This document shows positions 24,901-38,219 of a DNA stretch of 64,000 nt, piece by piece (position 1 is the first letter of the stretch; each line of letters starts with the position of its first letter). A program made the position numbers and the translations under genes. Under the pieces are notes generated by a model. The model made no database searches. It was not told the DNA's origin and saw nothing but the letters and a program-made list of their open reading frames with translations. This DNA comes from Eledone cirrhosa (lineage: Eukaryota): assembly GCA_964016885.1 (NCBI GenBank), contig OZ024741.1, positions 394,568,001-394,632,000 of the forward strand. The letters are read 5' to 3'.

Positions 24901-27723
24901 GCTCTGAAAAGAGCAATTAGAATAGAGTCCATTAGGTTTAGTAAGGCTTTAGCAATAGAGAAAAATAGGGCAGAGGGAGAACTAGTTAGAAAATTAGACG
25001 AGGCGCTTAGCAAAGGCATCGCGACCGACGTACTTGCGGCGAAATTGGCCCTTGACCAATTCTTCAATGCAAAGCACGAAGGCTGCGTTGTCAGAGCTAG
25101 GGTGCGTGCTCTCAGTCACGAAGGGACGACAGCCGTTCAATGGGGCCGAGTGGCGGAGGCGCGTCGTGGTAACAAAGCCACGATCCGGTCTTTGGTGGAA
25201 AACGACGGGTGCATGCTACTCGATCCCGGGCAAATGTGTGAAGCTTTTCAGCGACACTTCGCACAGCTGTTCGGGGGCAGCGGCGGGCCGGATCGAGGGA
25301 TGGACTTTAATGTCTACCTCGACGGACTGCCGCGGCTCTCGGCCACTGAGGCGGAGTGTTTCGAAAAGCCGATAACAGCCGCTGAAGTACGGGAGGCAAT
25401 GACTGGCTGCACAAGGGGTAAATCGCCTGGTTTGGATGGTCTGCCCTATGAACTTTACGTACAGATTCCAGACTTGTTCGGAGGCCTCTTGGCGAACGTC
25501 TACTGCAACTGGCAACAGAACTGGAGAATTCCCAGCTCTGTGAGCCGAGGAGCTGTGTCGCTGCTGAGAAAGGATCCGAACAAGGGGGATAACAGATAAT
25601 TTTAGGCCCATATCTCTGCTAAACACAGAGTTCAAGATTTTGGCCAAGGTGCTAGCAAAGAGGTTGGCGCTTGTCGTTGGTGGTCTGGTGAGAGAGGCGC
25701 AGACATGCGCCATTCCCGACAGAACCATCCACGACAACCTCCACCTCATGCGATACATCGTAGAGAAGGTAGCTAGGGAACCTGGCACGGGTGGGTCCTT
25801 TATCAATTTAGATCAGTCGAAAGCTTTCGATAGGGTCGACCATCGTTACCCAGCGGCAGTCCTGAAGGTGGCTGGCTTTGGGCCCGTCTTCAGAGGCTGG
25901 ATCGCTGCCATGCACAGCGACATCTGCTCTGTGGTGAGAGTGAACGGTCACCTTTCGGAACCGTTCAACATCATGCGCTCGGTCCGCCAAGGATGTCCCC
26001 TCTCGTCCCTCTTGTACGTATTGACTCTCGAGCCATTACTGCACAAACCGGAGACGTTGAGGGGGGTCCCGCGCGAACTAGGATGCGGAAGATCCGTGTC
26101 AGCATATGCGGACGATGTCACCGTAGTGGTGTCGAACGCCAAACACATCGAGGCGATCGGCACTACACTAAGAGAATACGAAGCGGTGACAGGAGCAATG
26201 ATCAACCAGGAAAAGTCAGTGGGCCTGCAGCTCGGCACCTGGAGAGGTAGGTCCATGCCATCCAACAGCGTCGTCGGGCGCTGGACGGACGGACCGGTTA
26301 AATTGCTAGGGGTATGGTTCGTCCGGACCTCCAGACGGACAAAAACTGGGACGAAGTGACGAGCAGGGTGGCTTCTCTCACCCAGAAATGGGCGGAGAGG
26401 AAGCTATCCCTGAAAGGTCGAGCGGAGGTGGCTAACGCGTACATCGCGTCCGTCATCTACTACCGCCTGACCGTCGTACCTTGTCCTAAGCCCCGCCTGA
26501 CTGCGCTGGAGCGTTTGCTCTTTCGCTTTTTGTGGAAGGGACGTGCTCCGATGGTCAGGCGGTCCATCTGCTGTCAACACCCGCTACGTGGAGGGCTGGG
26601 CATGCCGTGGCTGATGATGCGCAGACACGCGCTCAGGCTACGACATCTCCACCTCTTCCTCGACGGTGATCAGGTGTGGTCGCCGTTTGCTAGACGCGTC
26701 TTTCCCCAGCTCGTCTCCTTGACGGAGCTGCAGTCCTGCGTCAAGCGAAGACCGAGAGGGAGCGATTGGAGACTGGAATGTCTTCAGGCGCTCACAGCCC
26801 TCGACCAATCGGGCAATGCGATCGGTGAAAACTCCACCTTGGCGTTCTATAGAGGATTAGTGGAGGGGATGAGCGACGACGTACTTGGAGAAACTCTAGG
26901 CGTCGAGGAAAATCAACTAGCCAATCTCTTCGGAAGAAGTTTCGGGCCGGGGCCTATGGACAACTTCCAGAAATCCCTGGCCTGGCAGTGCTACCGAGGA
27001 GCTTTGCCAGTTCGGGATAAACTCTACAGGCATGGAGGTGCCGTCAGCCGGGCATGTCCGAGATGCGCGCAGGGCGACGAAACCGTCCTGCACGCACTCG
27101 TCCAGTGTCCGAGCATTGCTGACTTGTGGGTTTATGTCGAACACCTGCTGTCACGTGTAGGACGGATCCAGCTATCAGCTGAATCCATCGTGAGGATTAC
27201 CCCGCCCTCTTCCTTTAGCTGGGAAGGGCAGGCAGTTTTTATCTGTCTGGTGGCCATGGCGAAAGAGATAGTATGGTGGACACGTTTGAAAGGGCTGAAG
27301 ACGAGCACTTACCTCTTCGGTGATGCCCTGATTAACTTTTTCAAATTTCATTTGAAAAGGAAAATCGGGGTAGATAGGGAAGTGCTCTCTTCCCAGTATT
27401 TTGTTCAAAGATGAGTGAGAGAAGCAAGTATGGCCCGAGTGAATGGGCCTACTCTGAGTATGTGTCTGTAAATTAAAGGTGGAAAACTGGGAGAGGGCAC
27501 TTGCCCTGGTGGTCAGGGTCACTGTGGCCTTTTAATGGGCTTTCTCCACAAATGTCCCTCGGAAGTCTCCCCCCTATTGGGGAATTTTTCATTGTTATTT
27601 TTTTGTTACATCCTCTGTTTTTGTTTTTTTTACACGCAGAAATGCCCATTTGTACCGTCCTGTATTGTCCTGTACTGTCCTTAATGTCTACTTTATGTAA
27701 ACCCTTGTGCTTAATAAAGAAAA
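21903..27723 (+). mobile_element. Full-length Tx1-like element copy C, more decayed (multiple frameshifts and stops in ORF1 and ORF2)
   Basis: Colinear with copy B from GGCGACCTACGTAG to AATAAAGAAAA, followed by a short TATTATTA and unique flank. ORF2 pieces span 24052-27414. Confidence 0.93.
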
Positions 27724-28899
27724 TATTATTACAGTGGTAATAAGATTGTATGCACTATGTTGTACAAATTTTAAGAAAGATTTCATATACAAAAAGCAAA
27801 TAAATTTTTGTTTTAATAAATGACTTTAATACGAGGAAATCTTAATTTTTTAGTATATGTTACATATACATTATGATGCAGATCATCTGCTTTATTTTTT
27901 TTTTTTTTAATCCTATTTTGCTGGCACAAAACCAAAGAGATTCGTTCTTAGAAAAATCAAAGAACGTAGTAGAATTCGATGTTAAATATCAAAATGCTGG
28001 TAGGAAAACTTATCAATCAATGTTTTACTTCAGGTTAATCGTGAACATCATGGATTCATTATTTTAATCATTATTTCTCAGCAGAAACTTAACTTTAATC
28101 AATGCAGATGTGTTTACTGCACTTGGGAATAATTTTCACTGACAGCATGTCAAAAGGAAAATCTGTCAATAATCAGACTACAATGGAAAAAAAAAGTAAG
28201 AAAAGAAATATATTTAAGCTTTAGTTATTGTTTACATTGAACTTATATGAAAAGGGGTTTTATTGATTTGTTTCTCGTTGAAATTTAGCATTACACTTCA
28301 ATATCGACTGACGTCGGATATACCCTCATCACAGTTGTGTTTTATTGATTGATTATTGCAAAAGTTTTGCTTCAACAAAAATTAATTCCTATACGTATTG
28401 TGTGTCATAACGCATAAAATATTTTCATACAGCATATTGGCTGTTTTATATATTAATATAGATATATTTAAAAATGTATGTATAAAGAAGCAGATTGGTG
28501 ACTGTTGCTGCATGGAACTCGCCTAATAAAATGTAACATTGCAATTCAACTAGCTCCATAGCGACGTCGCTAACATAAGAAAATCAATACTGAGTCTTTT
28601 TCACGTGAAACGCATCTGAGAGTTGATTTGATTACTCATTTCACATCTATATAATAATGTTGGGATAGCTACAGCACGATAAACATGAATTTTTGTTTTA
28701 AGTGAAACATTATGATCTTTCCAGAGGCTCTGGTATAATTTTCCGAAAGAAGAACTCTGAATGCCAGGATGTCGCTACTGTTCGACGATTCAAATAGGAG
28801 ACCTGCTGTTCGACGTATCCATGCGGTTCTTCAATATGATTGAGGTCACTGAACGTGTGTCTATTTATACTGCTGCCTTCTAAAAAGGAACACGCCTCC

Positions 28900-29860
28900 A
28901 CAGTTTAGCTCTGTACAGAGACGATGACCTGACAATCACAAGCAACATGAACGGACAAGTTCAGAAAAGATTTAATGAAGATCTTCAAAGAGTTCGGTTT
29001 AACCATTACTGTTACCCCAACTTAACTAAAGTCGACTTCTTGTAACTAAAGACAGGCAAATACTATCCCCACTGGAAGCCTATTGAAGAAACAATTTACA
29101 TCCATAGAAACTCCAATCACTCCAGGCTATAGTTAGAAACCTAGTAAATGGAATTAGTAGAAGTATCTCTAGTTTATCATATGATAGAGATATCTTCAAC
29201 AGGGTGCATCCTATTAAAACGAGACACTAGCAAAAAGTTGTTTTTAGAGAAAAGCTAATATAGATGGAGGATCCTCCGGCCACTCGTAAGAGTCTTAGGA
29301 AGAGAAACATAAACTGGTTCAATCCTCAGTTCAACTGAGACTTCGCGATAAATATAGCTAGCAATTTCAAAATCCTAATTAGACGACATTTCCCAAATAA
29401 CAACGAGTATCATAAGCACTTTAACTCCAATAACGTTAAGGTTAACTACTCCTGCCAAGATCACATAATACAAGAGAGGAAAAAATGCCTCCACCTTATC
29501 GCACCAGCCTACATTTTCTGAATCCCTACTAATTGTCCTCGAGGAGATTCTGTCTCGCAAAAGTCGTGGACATACCACGAGATGGTATTCCAAGGAACTA
29601 CACAGGCCTTACAGTCAATGATTTCAAGAGTTGATTTACCCAGTACATGAACCCTTTCAAGTGCAGGAACAGGAACACTTCCCACTGGCCATGACATACA
29701 TGGACGAGCTGGCGTGTAGTGTGCTTAAAATCTGCCTATTGTGTGCCTTCTTCTCCTGGTGTGTAGACATCCTCATTCCAGCTTCGTCCCATGATGAGGC
29801 CGTCAAAATGCACGATGATTTCAGGAACATTGACTGCCATATAATTTCAAAATAGAGCAT
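28900..29860 (+). mobile_element. Decayed Penelope-like fragments (RT C-terminal half, linker, GIY-YIG start, plus a second RT piece)
   Basis: Manual translation gives LYRDD, KIFKEFGLTITV, YIHRNSNH, RKRNINWFNP and RNYTGLTVNDFK; LAMTYMDEL occurs near 29685. Confidence 0.65.
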
Positions 29861-30189
29861 AAATATAAACATAAAGACTAGTAAATATATGTATCTACGA
29901 TGTGTTACACAATACTTGGTAAGCACATGTCTGTGCTGAATGTGCTGCTGTACTCTGTTTCTGAATGCAGGAGTCGATGTTTCATCAGGCGGTGAAGTAA
30001 CTATGTAGGTGTTTCGCCCCCTTCCACAGTGACACCAGAGCTACTCGGAGCCACCCACTGATGCACAATCATTGGTAAGTCTTCTGTTGTGACTCCGTCC
30101 ACCTCAATGCGTCAGAAAAGCATAAAATTTGATGAGTTTGATGTAATGACTGAGCGAAACGTCTCCATCAATCTGAATGTGTCAGCGCA

Positions 30190-32160
30190 CCAGTCATTTT
30201 CACTTTTGGTCGAGATATAGTTAACTCGTTTTCTCAGCTGCCTTAGATGATACCCTCAAAAGTTGTTTCATTTCCTTTGCCTCCAGTTCAAGGCCCCTGT
30301 AGAGTAAGTCATCCCTGGTTCCGACAAATCCTCTGTCTCCTACTTCTACAGAGAAACAGGATACCTCATATCTACAGGTTTTACACAGTTTGACCAGTTT
30401 CCGGCCTTCCTATTGAATGTATCATCGATGTTTGCCTCCCAAGAGACAGTAAACTTCACCACCTTACTTTCATTGTATCACAAGACGAAGTCGGTTGGTT
30501 TTAATAAGGGAAAAGTGGTATTTGCCATCCAGGTCAACTGAGACCTCCCAGATACCTTCTTCTTTCTTACTGCGGTTGACTTGCAGTGTTCTCCTTCTTT
30601 ACAAAACTTCATTCTACTCTTCTCCATTACTTGTGGTCTCCCGCCGTTCTTCATCACCTTCACCTTCTCTTCCACTGCACCAGCCAGTAATTTAAGCACC
30701 TGAGTATATCACCATGTATATATGTTCTTCAATCCCAGTGGACAACTGTACAGTATGTATTTCATCATTCCAACTTTCCCGCATTTGCACAGAGCATCCT
30801 CTTCTACTATCCAGCATTTCTATTGTTTTGTGCAGGACCTACTATATCTTCATATCCTAGGGTGGTCATGAAGTACCCTGTTGCCTCTGATGCCATCCAT
30901 TTTCTTCCAGTTGTGAGCTCTTTTGGTCCGCACTTTACCAAACTTGTACTGCTCGATTGTTGATGAGATACAAAGCCGCACATGCAAAGATTCGTGTCAA
31001 TCCTAGCCACTTGCGGATATTGATATTGCATTTTCGCTGAATGGTCACAACACCTGTTAGTGCGACTTCATACAACATCAGTAACCACTGCAGTCTGGAA
31101 TACAGTGCAAACTGCATGCACCAGAGCTTAAACTTGCCTGGCAGTAATGTATTGTCTTTCGCTGAAAGTTCATCCTCAGCCATCTTATGAATTCTTAGTC
31201 CCTCACTTCCATAATTGAGTGACCCATAGTACAGCTTCTCTAGACTCTTCAAAGACTTCTCAGCAATCTTTGGTATGTCATGATCGGCAACCTCGTATTT
31301 CACTTATTGTTGCCTTCCTTTATCAAGTGTCACACGACGCGATTTCTTTGCTTTGAAGTGCATTTTCTCCCAACTTAGCTCCTCCAGTCTGTGCAGGATT
31401 TTCATCATTGACTTCTTGTCTTTTGCCAACAATGCTATGTCATCCATTAACGCTTTCTTTAGAAAGCGAATTTTCATTTCATGGGCGTGAAAAGCTGTAC
31501 CTCGCAGGATGAATTCCATTCCAAGCACGGACCATATGGCTGATATTGTTCACCCAGCTGCAATCGTCACCTCCAGCTTGTGTCACGCCGTTGTAAAGTT
31601 ATTTGTGGTAAAATGCATGTAAAATTTCTAATAGATCATCGTGAGTTTCCCTACCTGTGAAGGGATCCAGAAGAGGTCCATGGCAAACTCAAGCAGTTTG
31701 TATGGAACTGACCCGAAAGCATTTGCCAGGTCAAGCCACACAACTGCCAGGTCACTTTTCTCCCTCTTGGCTGTCTGTATGGCATCCCAGATCATGTTCA
31801 CATGTTCTATGCACCCCGATACACCTGAGATACCAGCTTTCTGAACAGTATCATTGATGTAGTCATTAGTCAACATAAATGTCATCACTTGTCTAACAAT
31901 AATCCCCAAGAATACTTTTCTATCTACATTCAGTAGCGAAATTAACCTAAGTGTTGACGGGTTCTGATCCTTGGGAAGGTAGATGCCTTCCGCTCTTGCC
32001 TACCCATCCACAATCAGCTTCTCCTTCCAAGCTCTTCTATGAGTGTGAACCATCATGTTGAGCAGAGTGAAACACTTTTTGTAGACTTTGTATGGCACTC
32101 CATCCTCGCCTAGTGCACTTTTAGATCGTGATTTTCTGATAAAATCCTGGATTTCTTTTA
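30190..32160 (-). mobile_element. Decayed RLE-type non-LTR retrotransposon, Hero-like
   Basis: GVPYKVYKKC, QKAGISGVSGCIEH, VVWLDLANAFGSVP, LMDDI, LPGKFKLWC and the RLE tail VEVGDRGFVG; many stops. Confidence 0.75.
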
Positions 32161-32671
32161 TTCGAAGATTGCACTCCGGATGTTGCCAGCTTTGGTATAC
32201 CCTGCATATATAAAACAGAAAATAGAATGTACTAAAGCAGAGAAAATCCTGTTTTTAGCCAGCTTAATGACATGATACTCATTTTCTATCAATCTTATAT
32301 TCCCTCTTTCTGCCCAGCACACACGCCGTGCGATCACAAACGTTCGCCCACGCATAAAGACACATCAATTTCTATAGACGTGTAATGGAAACTAGAAATA
32401 TACTGTCAATAGTTTTTGTGTTAGTATTTTTCGTGTCGATACTTCTTTATGTAAATATCTATTCTTTAACTCAATTACATTCAGGATGGACATTTTACCG
32501 TATTCTCACATTTTAACAGATTATTCGTAACCAATTTAACAGAAATGAATAGCTTTTAAGAATAGCTTTTAAATCACACAATTTCACTTTTCTCTTGGCT
32601 TGTAAATGTTAAACAGCTTTTATAATAAATGGTAGTTCACAAATATAGGTAGTTACAATTAAAATATTTAT

Positions 32672-33240
<569 letters not shown>

Positions 33241-33455
33241 TGCCAGGAGTTGCGACCGACAGATAGTATTAGCAATTGGAAAGACCAATGGAGACATTGT
33301 TTCCTCGATCCGATTTGACGAGCTCCACTCCACTCGTTAAATGAATGAGGTTTGGGATCTTGTCGATCGACTGTCGATATCCATCAAAGAGCTACGTAAT
33401 TACTTTTACCGATATTACACATTAGTTCGTGTTATGGCTGATTTCTGGATGATAG

Positions 33456-33495
<40 letters not shown>

Positions 33496-33534
33496 TATCT
33501 TCTTCTTCTTCTTCTTCTTCTTCTTCTTCTTCTT

Positions 33535-33564
<30 letters not shown>
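33456..33564. repeat. Compound (CAT)n(CTT)n microsatellite
   Basis: Seen in the sequence; probably a LINE tail. Confidence 0.95.
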
Positions 33565-33565
<1 letters not shown>

Positions 33566-33654
33566 ACCAGTCGCTCACTTGAGAACGAACTACTTGAGCA
33601 TTTGTCACGTGTGATGAATGTTGCTTCTTAATTGCTATTCAATGAGAACATAAC

Positions 33655-33890
33655 TTCTACCACTTAATCATGAGAGGGTCGAGGGGGAAGAACTCTGAAG
33701 CACGGCTTCCAGCGAGTCCTGTCAGAAGCAACCATCTCCAATTGATCCGGCTAGATCCCCAACTGAGACTAGTCGAGCCCATGGATGTTATCCAACTATC
33801 TTGCTCGGGGTCTAACTCTGGGACTTCTGACGGTTGGTTTTGCCATTCCAACAATATGTCTGTGATATCGGAGCTGTGATCTCTCAATTC
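33655..33890 (-). mobile_element. RTE (Expander-like) LINE 3' fragment
   Basis: Manual frame reads SPRVRPRAR..QLGI..LEMVASDRTRW..VLPPRP, typical of RTE C-termini. Confidence 0.6.
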
Positions 33891-34277
33891 AAAGAAATAA
33901 CGGCTCTACTTGGATGATAATCAAACTTTAAAATATTAAAACACCTCTCAATATAAAGGCCTGTTTCATCAAACCTAGAATGTTTTATAAAATAGCTGTT
34001 CAATTGTTCACAACAATTTGAACGTGTTTGTGAGTGAAAAGAAACAACGCAGGGGCAACCCTTTTATCATTCTAATTTTGTAGGTTTCCTTTTTAAAAAC
34101 AGTGATTTGAGTCCAAACCTCAGCTGGTTCCAGCTGACAAGACCTCAAATGGGCCCCTTTTCAAAGTTACAGGACCTCCCCACTTCTTTCACTTCGAAAA
34201 ATCTGGCGCCTTCTTCTAGCACAGAAACAACCATAAATATACATGGTATAAGGAGTATCAGGAACGGAAGTCAATAA

Positions 34278-36181
34278 CACTAGTCAACAAAATTTTGCTT
34301 TTTTTTCTGCTAACCTATGTTTGAGACCTTTTCTTGAGTAATTTGAGTTTGCTGAGTTTAAAAATGACAATGCTTTTTTTCTATTAGCTTAAACTTGGTG
34401 ATCAGGATAAATCGTCGGCCCCGGACAATGTATTGAAAATTTACGACAGTGGACAAAGGACACAAGGAAACAACTAGCGTTTGGCATTTCTAAGGTTTGG
34501 TGGGAGTCAAAGAACTATGCAGAAGATTGCTAATTTTGCCTCACAAAGACTTCTGAAAACTCTACAGAAAATAAGTTACCCAAATCTGGATTCAGCAATT
34601 TGTCCTGTAATTCACTCAGATGAAGTGCCAGTACCCGTTTACACGATGAAATGGATATATGTATTTCAGATGAAAATCATGAACATAACAGTGATGCAGA
34701 CTTTGTAGATACAGCAACCAGGGAACGTGAAAACTTCAACCAGGCAGAACTGAATGATTTAATTAGAGACTTAAGCCTGTCAAAAGAGTTATCAGAACTG
34801 TTAGCTTCTAGACTTAAAGAGAAGCATATGCTGCAGAACGAAAGAAATGTAACTTTTTAGCGGAACAAGGGAAAAAAGATCTCTTGGCATTCTGTAAAAC
34901 TGAAAAAGATTTTGTTTACTGTTGTAATATGATGAGACTGTTAAAAGTGTTGGGTGTTTTATAGTATGATTCTCATGAATGGAAACTCTTTATAGATAGT
35001 TCAAAAAGAATCTAAAATGTGTATTAGTCCATAATAAAAACTTGTTAGGTGCAAGTCCTATTCGTCACTCTGTGCACTTAAAAGAGAAACATGAAAACAT
35101 AAAAGCTGTATTCGATTTACTCAGGTATGATGAACACAAATGGGACATATGTGTGGATCTGAAAATGGTCAACTTTTTACTTGGCCATCAAGGAGGGTAT
35201 ACAAAATATCCGTGTTTCCTGTGTTTATGGGATAGCTAAATGAAAGACAAACATTGGGAACAGAAGCACTGGCCAGTTAGAAAAAGTTTGACTGTTGGGA
35301 AGAAGAATATCATACACCAACCATTTGTTGGGTGAGAGAAAATCATCTTCTCACCCTTTCATATTAAACTAGGACTAATGTAGCAGTTAACGTGGAGGGT
35401 GACTATTTCAAATTCATTTCTACAAGTTATGATAAAATAAGGACTGGTGTTTTTGGCGAGACACAAATCAGAAAGTGAATGAAATGCCAAAGCTTCTCGA
35501 GCTCAATGACTGACGTAGAAAAAAGAGCATGGGATTCATTTGTGTCTGTTGTGAAAGGATTTGGGGCAGCACAAAGGCTGCAAGCTACAAGGATTTGGTG
35601 GAGACATTGCTTGATAGCTTTCATCTTTTAGACTGCAACATGAGCATAAAGATTCATTTCCTCAAGATCCATCTCAATGAATTCCCTGCTAATCTTGGAG
35701 ACGCGAGAAATGAACATGGTGAGTGCTTCCATCGAGATATCAAGGTTATGGAGGAGATATCAAGGTAGATGGAACACACACATGTTGGAGTATTCAAAGA
35801 GAGTGTATAAACATGAAACACTCCAAGCGCTCTTATAAGCGAAAACATGTTCCATGAATATGTTGATCAGTATGCGATTGTTTGTGCTTTAACCATTTTA
35901 TTTGAGAATTAACAAGATGTATTTAATAAAAGGTGATGTTATTTTATATTTCACTCATATCAGATTCTATTGACATTATAACTTATGGTTTCAAGCTATA
36001 AGACTTAGTAATCAATCGGAAGTAAATTATATTATTCATATAGTGCATAATAAAATAGGGATGTTCTATAGAATGAAAACCTGATGTGTTAGGGGGAAAT
36101 GGATGCCATATTTGAAATCAGCATCTCAAAATTAGCTAAAAACAACAAAATCTACGCCAGCAAAATGTGTGTTGACCAGTG
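34278..36181 (+). mobile_element. Chapaev3-like (CMC) DNA transposon with decayed transposase
   Basis: Terminal inverted repeats CACTAGTCAACA and TGTTGACCAGTG, flanked by TAA and TAG. Transposase motifs YPNLDSA, ELNDLIRDLSLSK, VDLKMVNFLLG.QGGYTKYPCFLCLWDS, HIKLGLM, MSIKIHFL, EHGECFH.DI. Confidence 0.8.
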
Positions 36182-36249
36182 TAGTTGATTTTGTTATTGT
36201 CTCTGATCTCTTTGATTCTGTGCTGTATATTCGTGTTAAGATAGGGCCT

Positions 36250-36790
36250 GAGCTGCCAACTGTTAACCATCTAGTTATCTGCATCTTGAGACTACCTAAA
36301 GCCACAAAACTGGCAGGTTCAGGGTGACCTACAGAATAAAGTGGAGAGCATTGGTAGATAAGGAAGTCAGGACCAGGTGCGCAGTTACGATTGCACCTAA
36401 ATTCAGAGAACTCCCTGAGCAAACTGAAGACGTTGAGACAGAGTAGAGATTGTTCAGCTCAGCAGTTTTTGCTTCAGCTGTTGAATGCTGCGGGCGAAAG
36501 AGGCTTGGTGAGGCGCCGGATGGCAGGAAGACTCCTTGGTTCAATTGAGAGGTCAAAGATGCCATCCGAACTAAGAAGAAGGCTTACAAATCTTGGCTTG
36601 GAAATAAGTCCTCCTTCTTGCACTTGCGCTACAAGCAGGCAAGAAGAATCGCAGCAGAGACAGTAAAGGTGTCCAATGTTCAGACATGAGAGGACTTTGG
36701 GATTAAGCTGGAATCTGACTTCAGATCAGCAAATAAAATGTTCTGGCAGACCATACACAGACTTCGTAATAAGATATCGCACCTACAAGG
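36250..36790 (+). mobile_element. RTE LINE internal fragment (EN-RT linker)
   Basis: Manual frame KDAIRTKKKAYKSWL..EDFG..LESDFRSANKMFWQTIHRLR. Confidence 0.6.
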
Positions 36791-38062
36791 TCACCTGTAT
36801 TGTTCATCTTGCTGTATGTGTGTAAAGTATCCGTGTGTGGGATATCCCTGAGTAAATTTGCTTGACTGTTAATTGTTTATTGATTCTTTGTTAATTAGGC
36901 AGGAATATATTATTATATCTTTGTTAATCCTATATTAATAATTTTTTGATAATACATTATTAGATTACTGAAGCTATTTAATACCTTCTTAAAAATACAT
37001 TTTATAATTATTGTCTTTTTGCTTATATATTTTCTTACTCATCATTTTCTTTAATCTTCGAGCCCAACTTGATAAGCTCTTTGAATTGCTCCTTAATTAG
37101 ATTACTTAAATTACTTTATTTATTATACCTAAGTTGTTGTATCTGTTGAAGCAACCCTTTGGAAATTCCTCGGATCTCCCAAAGCCCGTAATTTTTAATT
37201 TGTAATTTTCCTCAATTCATTTATATATATTTTTAAAGGTTCTCTAAAATTTTAATTCTTTGAAGGGTCTTTCGGAAGAGGTTTTTATTAAAAATATTAA
37301 AGGGGCCTTTTCTGAGGGATTTTTTTAAGGCTTTTTGAATTAACCTTTAATTGATTAATTTCTTTCAACTATTTATTTCTTAATTTTTAAAATTAAATTT
37401 AATGTTCAACCTCTTAATCTTTAATTTTTAATCTTGGATATATAAGATTGCTTAATCTTAAATTCATTAAATATTTTAATTTCTGGGTTTGGAACTCTTA
37501 AACTTCAAATCCTAACTTAAATCTTAATCTTTATATTATGGATTCCCTAAATCATTAACTTTATTAACCTCTTAAGTCTTATTGAAAGTTTTTTTCAATA
37601 ATTTTTAATTTTTAATTTTTGAGTTTAGAACTTTCGTAGGGATTATTAAATCTTCGTAAATTTTCTTAAATTTTTTAAGGGAATTTTTTAGGAAACTTTT
37701 TATTTTTTTATTCTCTTAATCTCTTCTGGTTTTTTCGGTTTATTGGGGCTTATAAGCTTTATGCGCTTATTGAGGGATTTTTTAAGGTGCTTTTAAGAGA
37801 TCCCAAGTCTTTTACTTTTAATGCGTAACTTATAAATTCTTTAATTTTTAACCTTCAATCCCTAACTTTTAGGCCCTTTTCAAATTCTCTTAATTCCCTA
37901 TAACCCATCCCTTTTACAACTCCTACAACTAATATAAAAGAGCCCCCTTAGAATATAGACCCCAAATATACAAGCTGAGCTGTTGATGTATACCACGATT
38001 TCAAACTGCTAATCTTGAGTGAAACGTTGATGAAAATAATGAATTTACAATCACCTGTTATA

Positions 38063-38109
38063 TGCCTTGAAAAGTCCCACCATATGATCGGACGAAACGG
38101 CTGTCGGCA
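38063..38109 (+). ncRNA. Minimal type I hammerhead ribozyme motif with U3-A8 core variant
   Basis: TGCC-TTGAAAA-GTCC(loop)GGAC-GAAA-C(GGCT)G-TC-GGCA; stems I, II and III all pair and the cleavage triplet is GUC. Confidence 0.7.
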
Positions 38110-38156
38110 ATAAACTTGTTATAATGTCATAAAAGTTCCTTTGTTCTTTTTCCTTA

Positions 38157-38212
<56 letters not shown>

Positions 38213-38219
<7 letters not shown>

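Noticed and set aside
1-27731. Array as telomeric or rDNA-targeted (TRAS/SART, R2 or R4 proper)
   Set aside because: No TTAGGG/TTAGG arrays or rRNA sequence are visible at any junction; all spacers are ATT-based.
30128-30165. Possible hammerhead TTGATGA..GAGCGAAACGTC
   Set aside because: Stems I and III cannot be formed convincingly; at best a decayed remnant.
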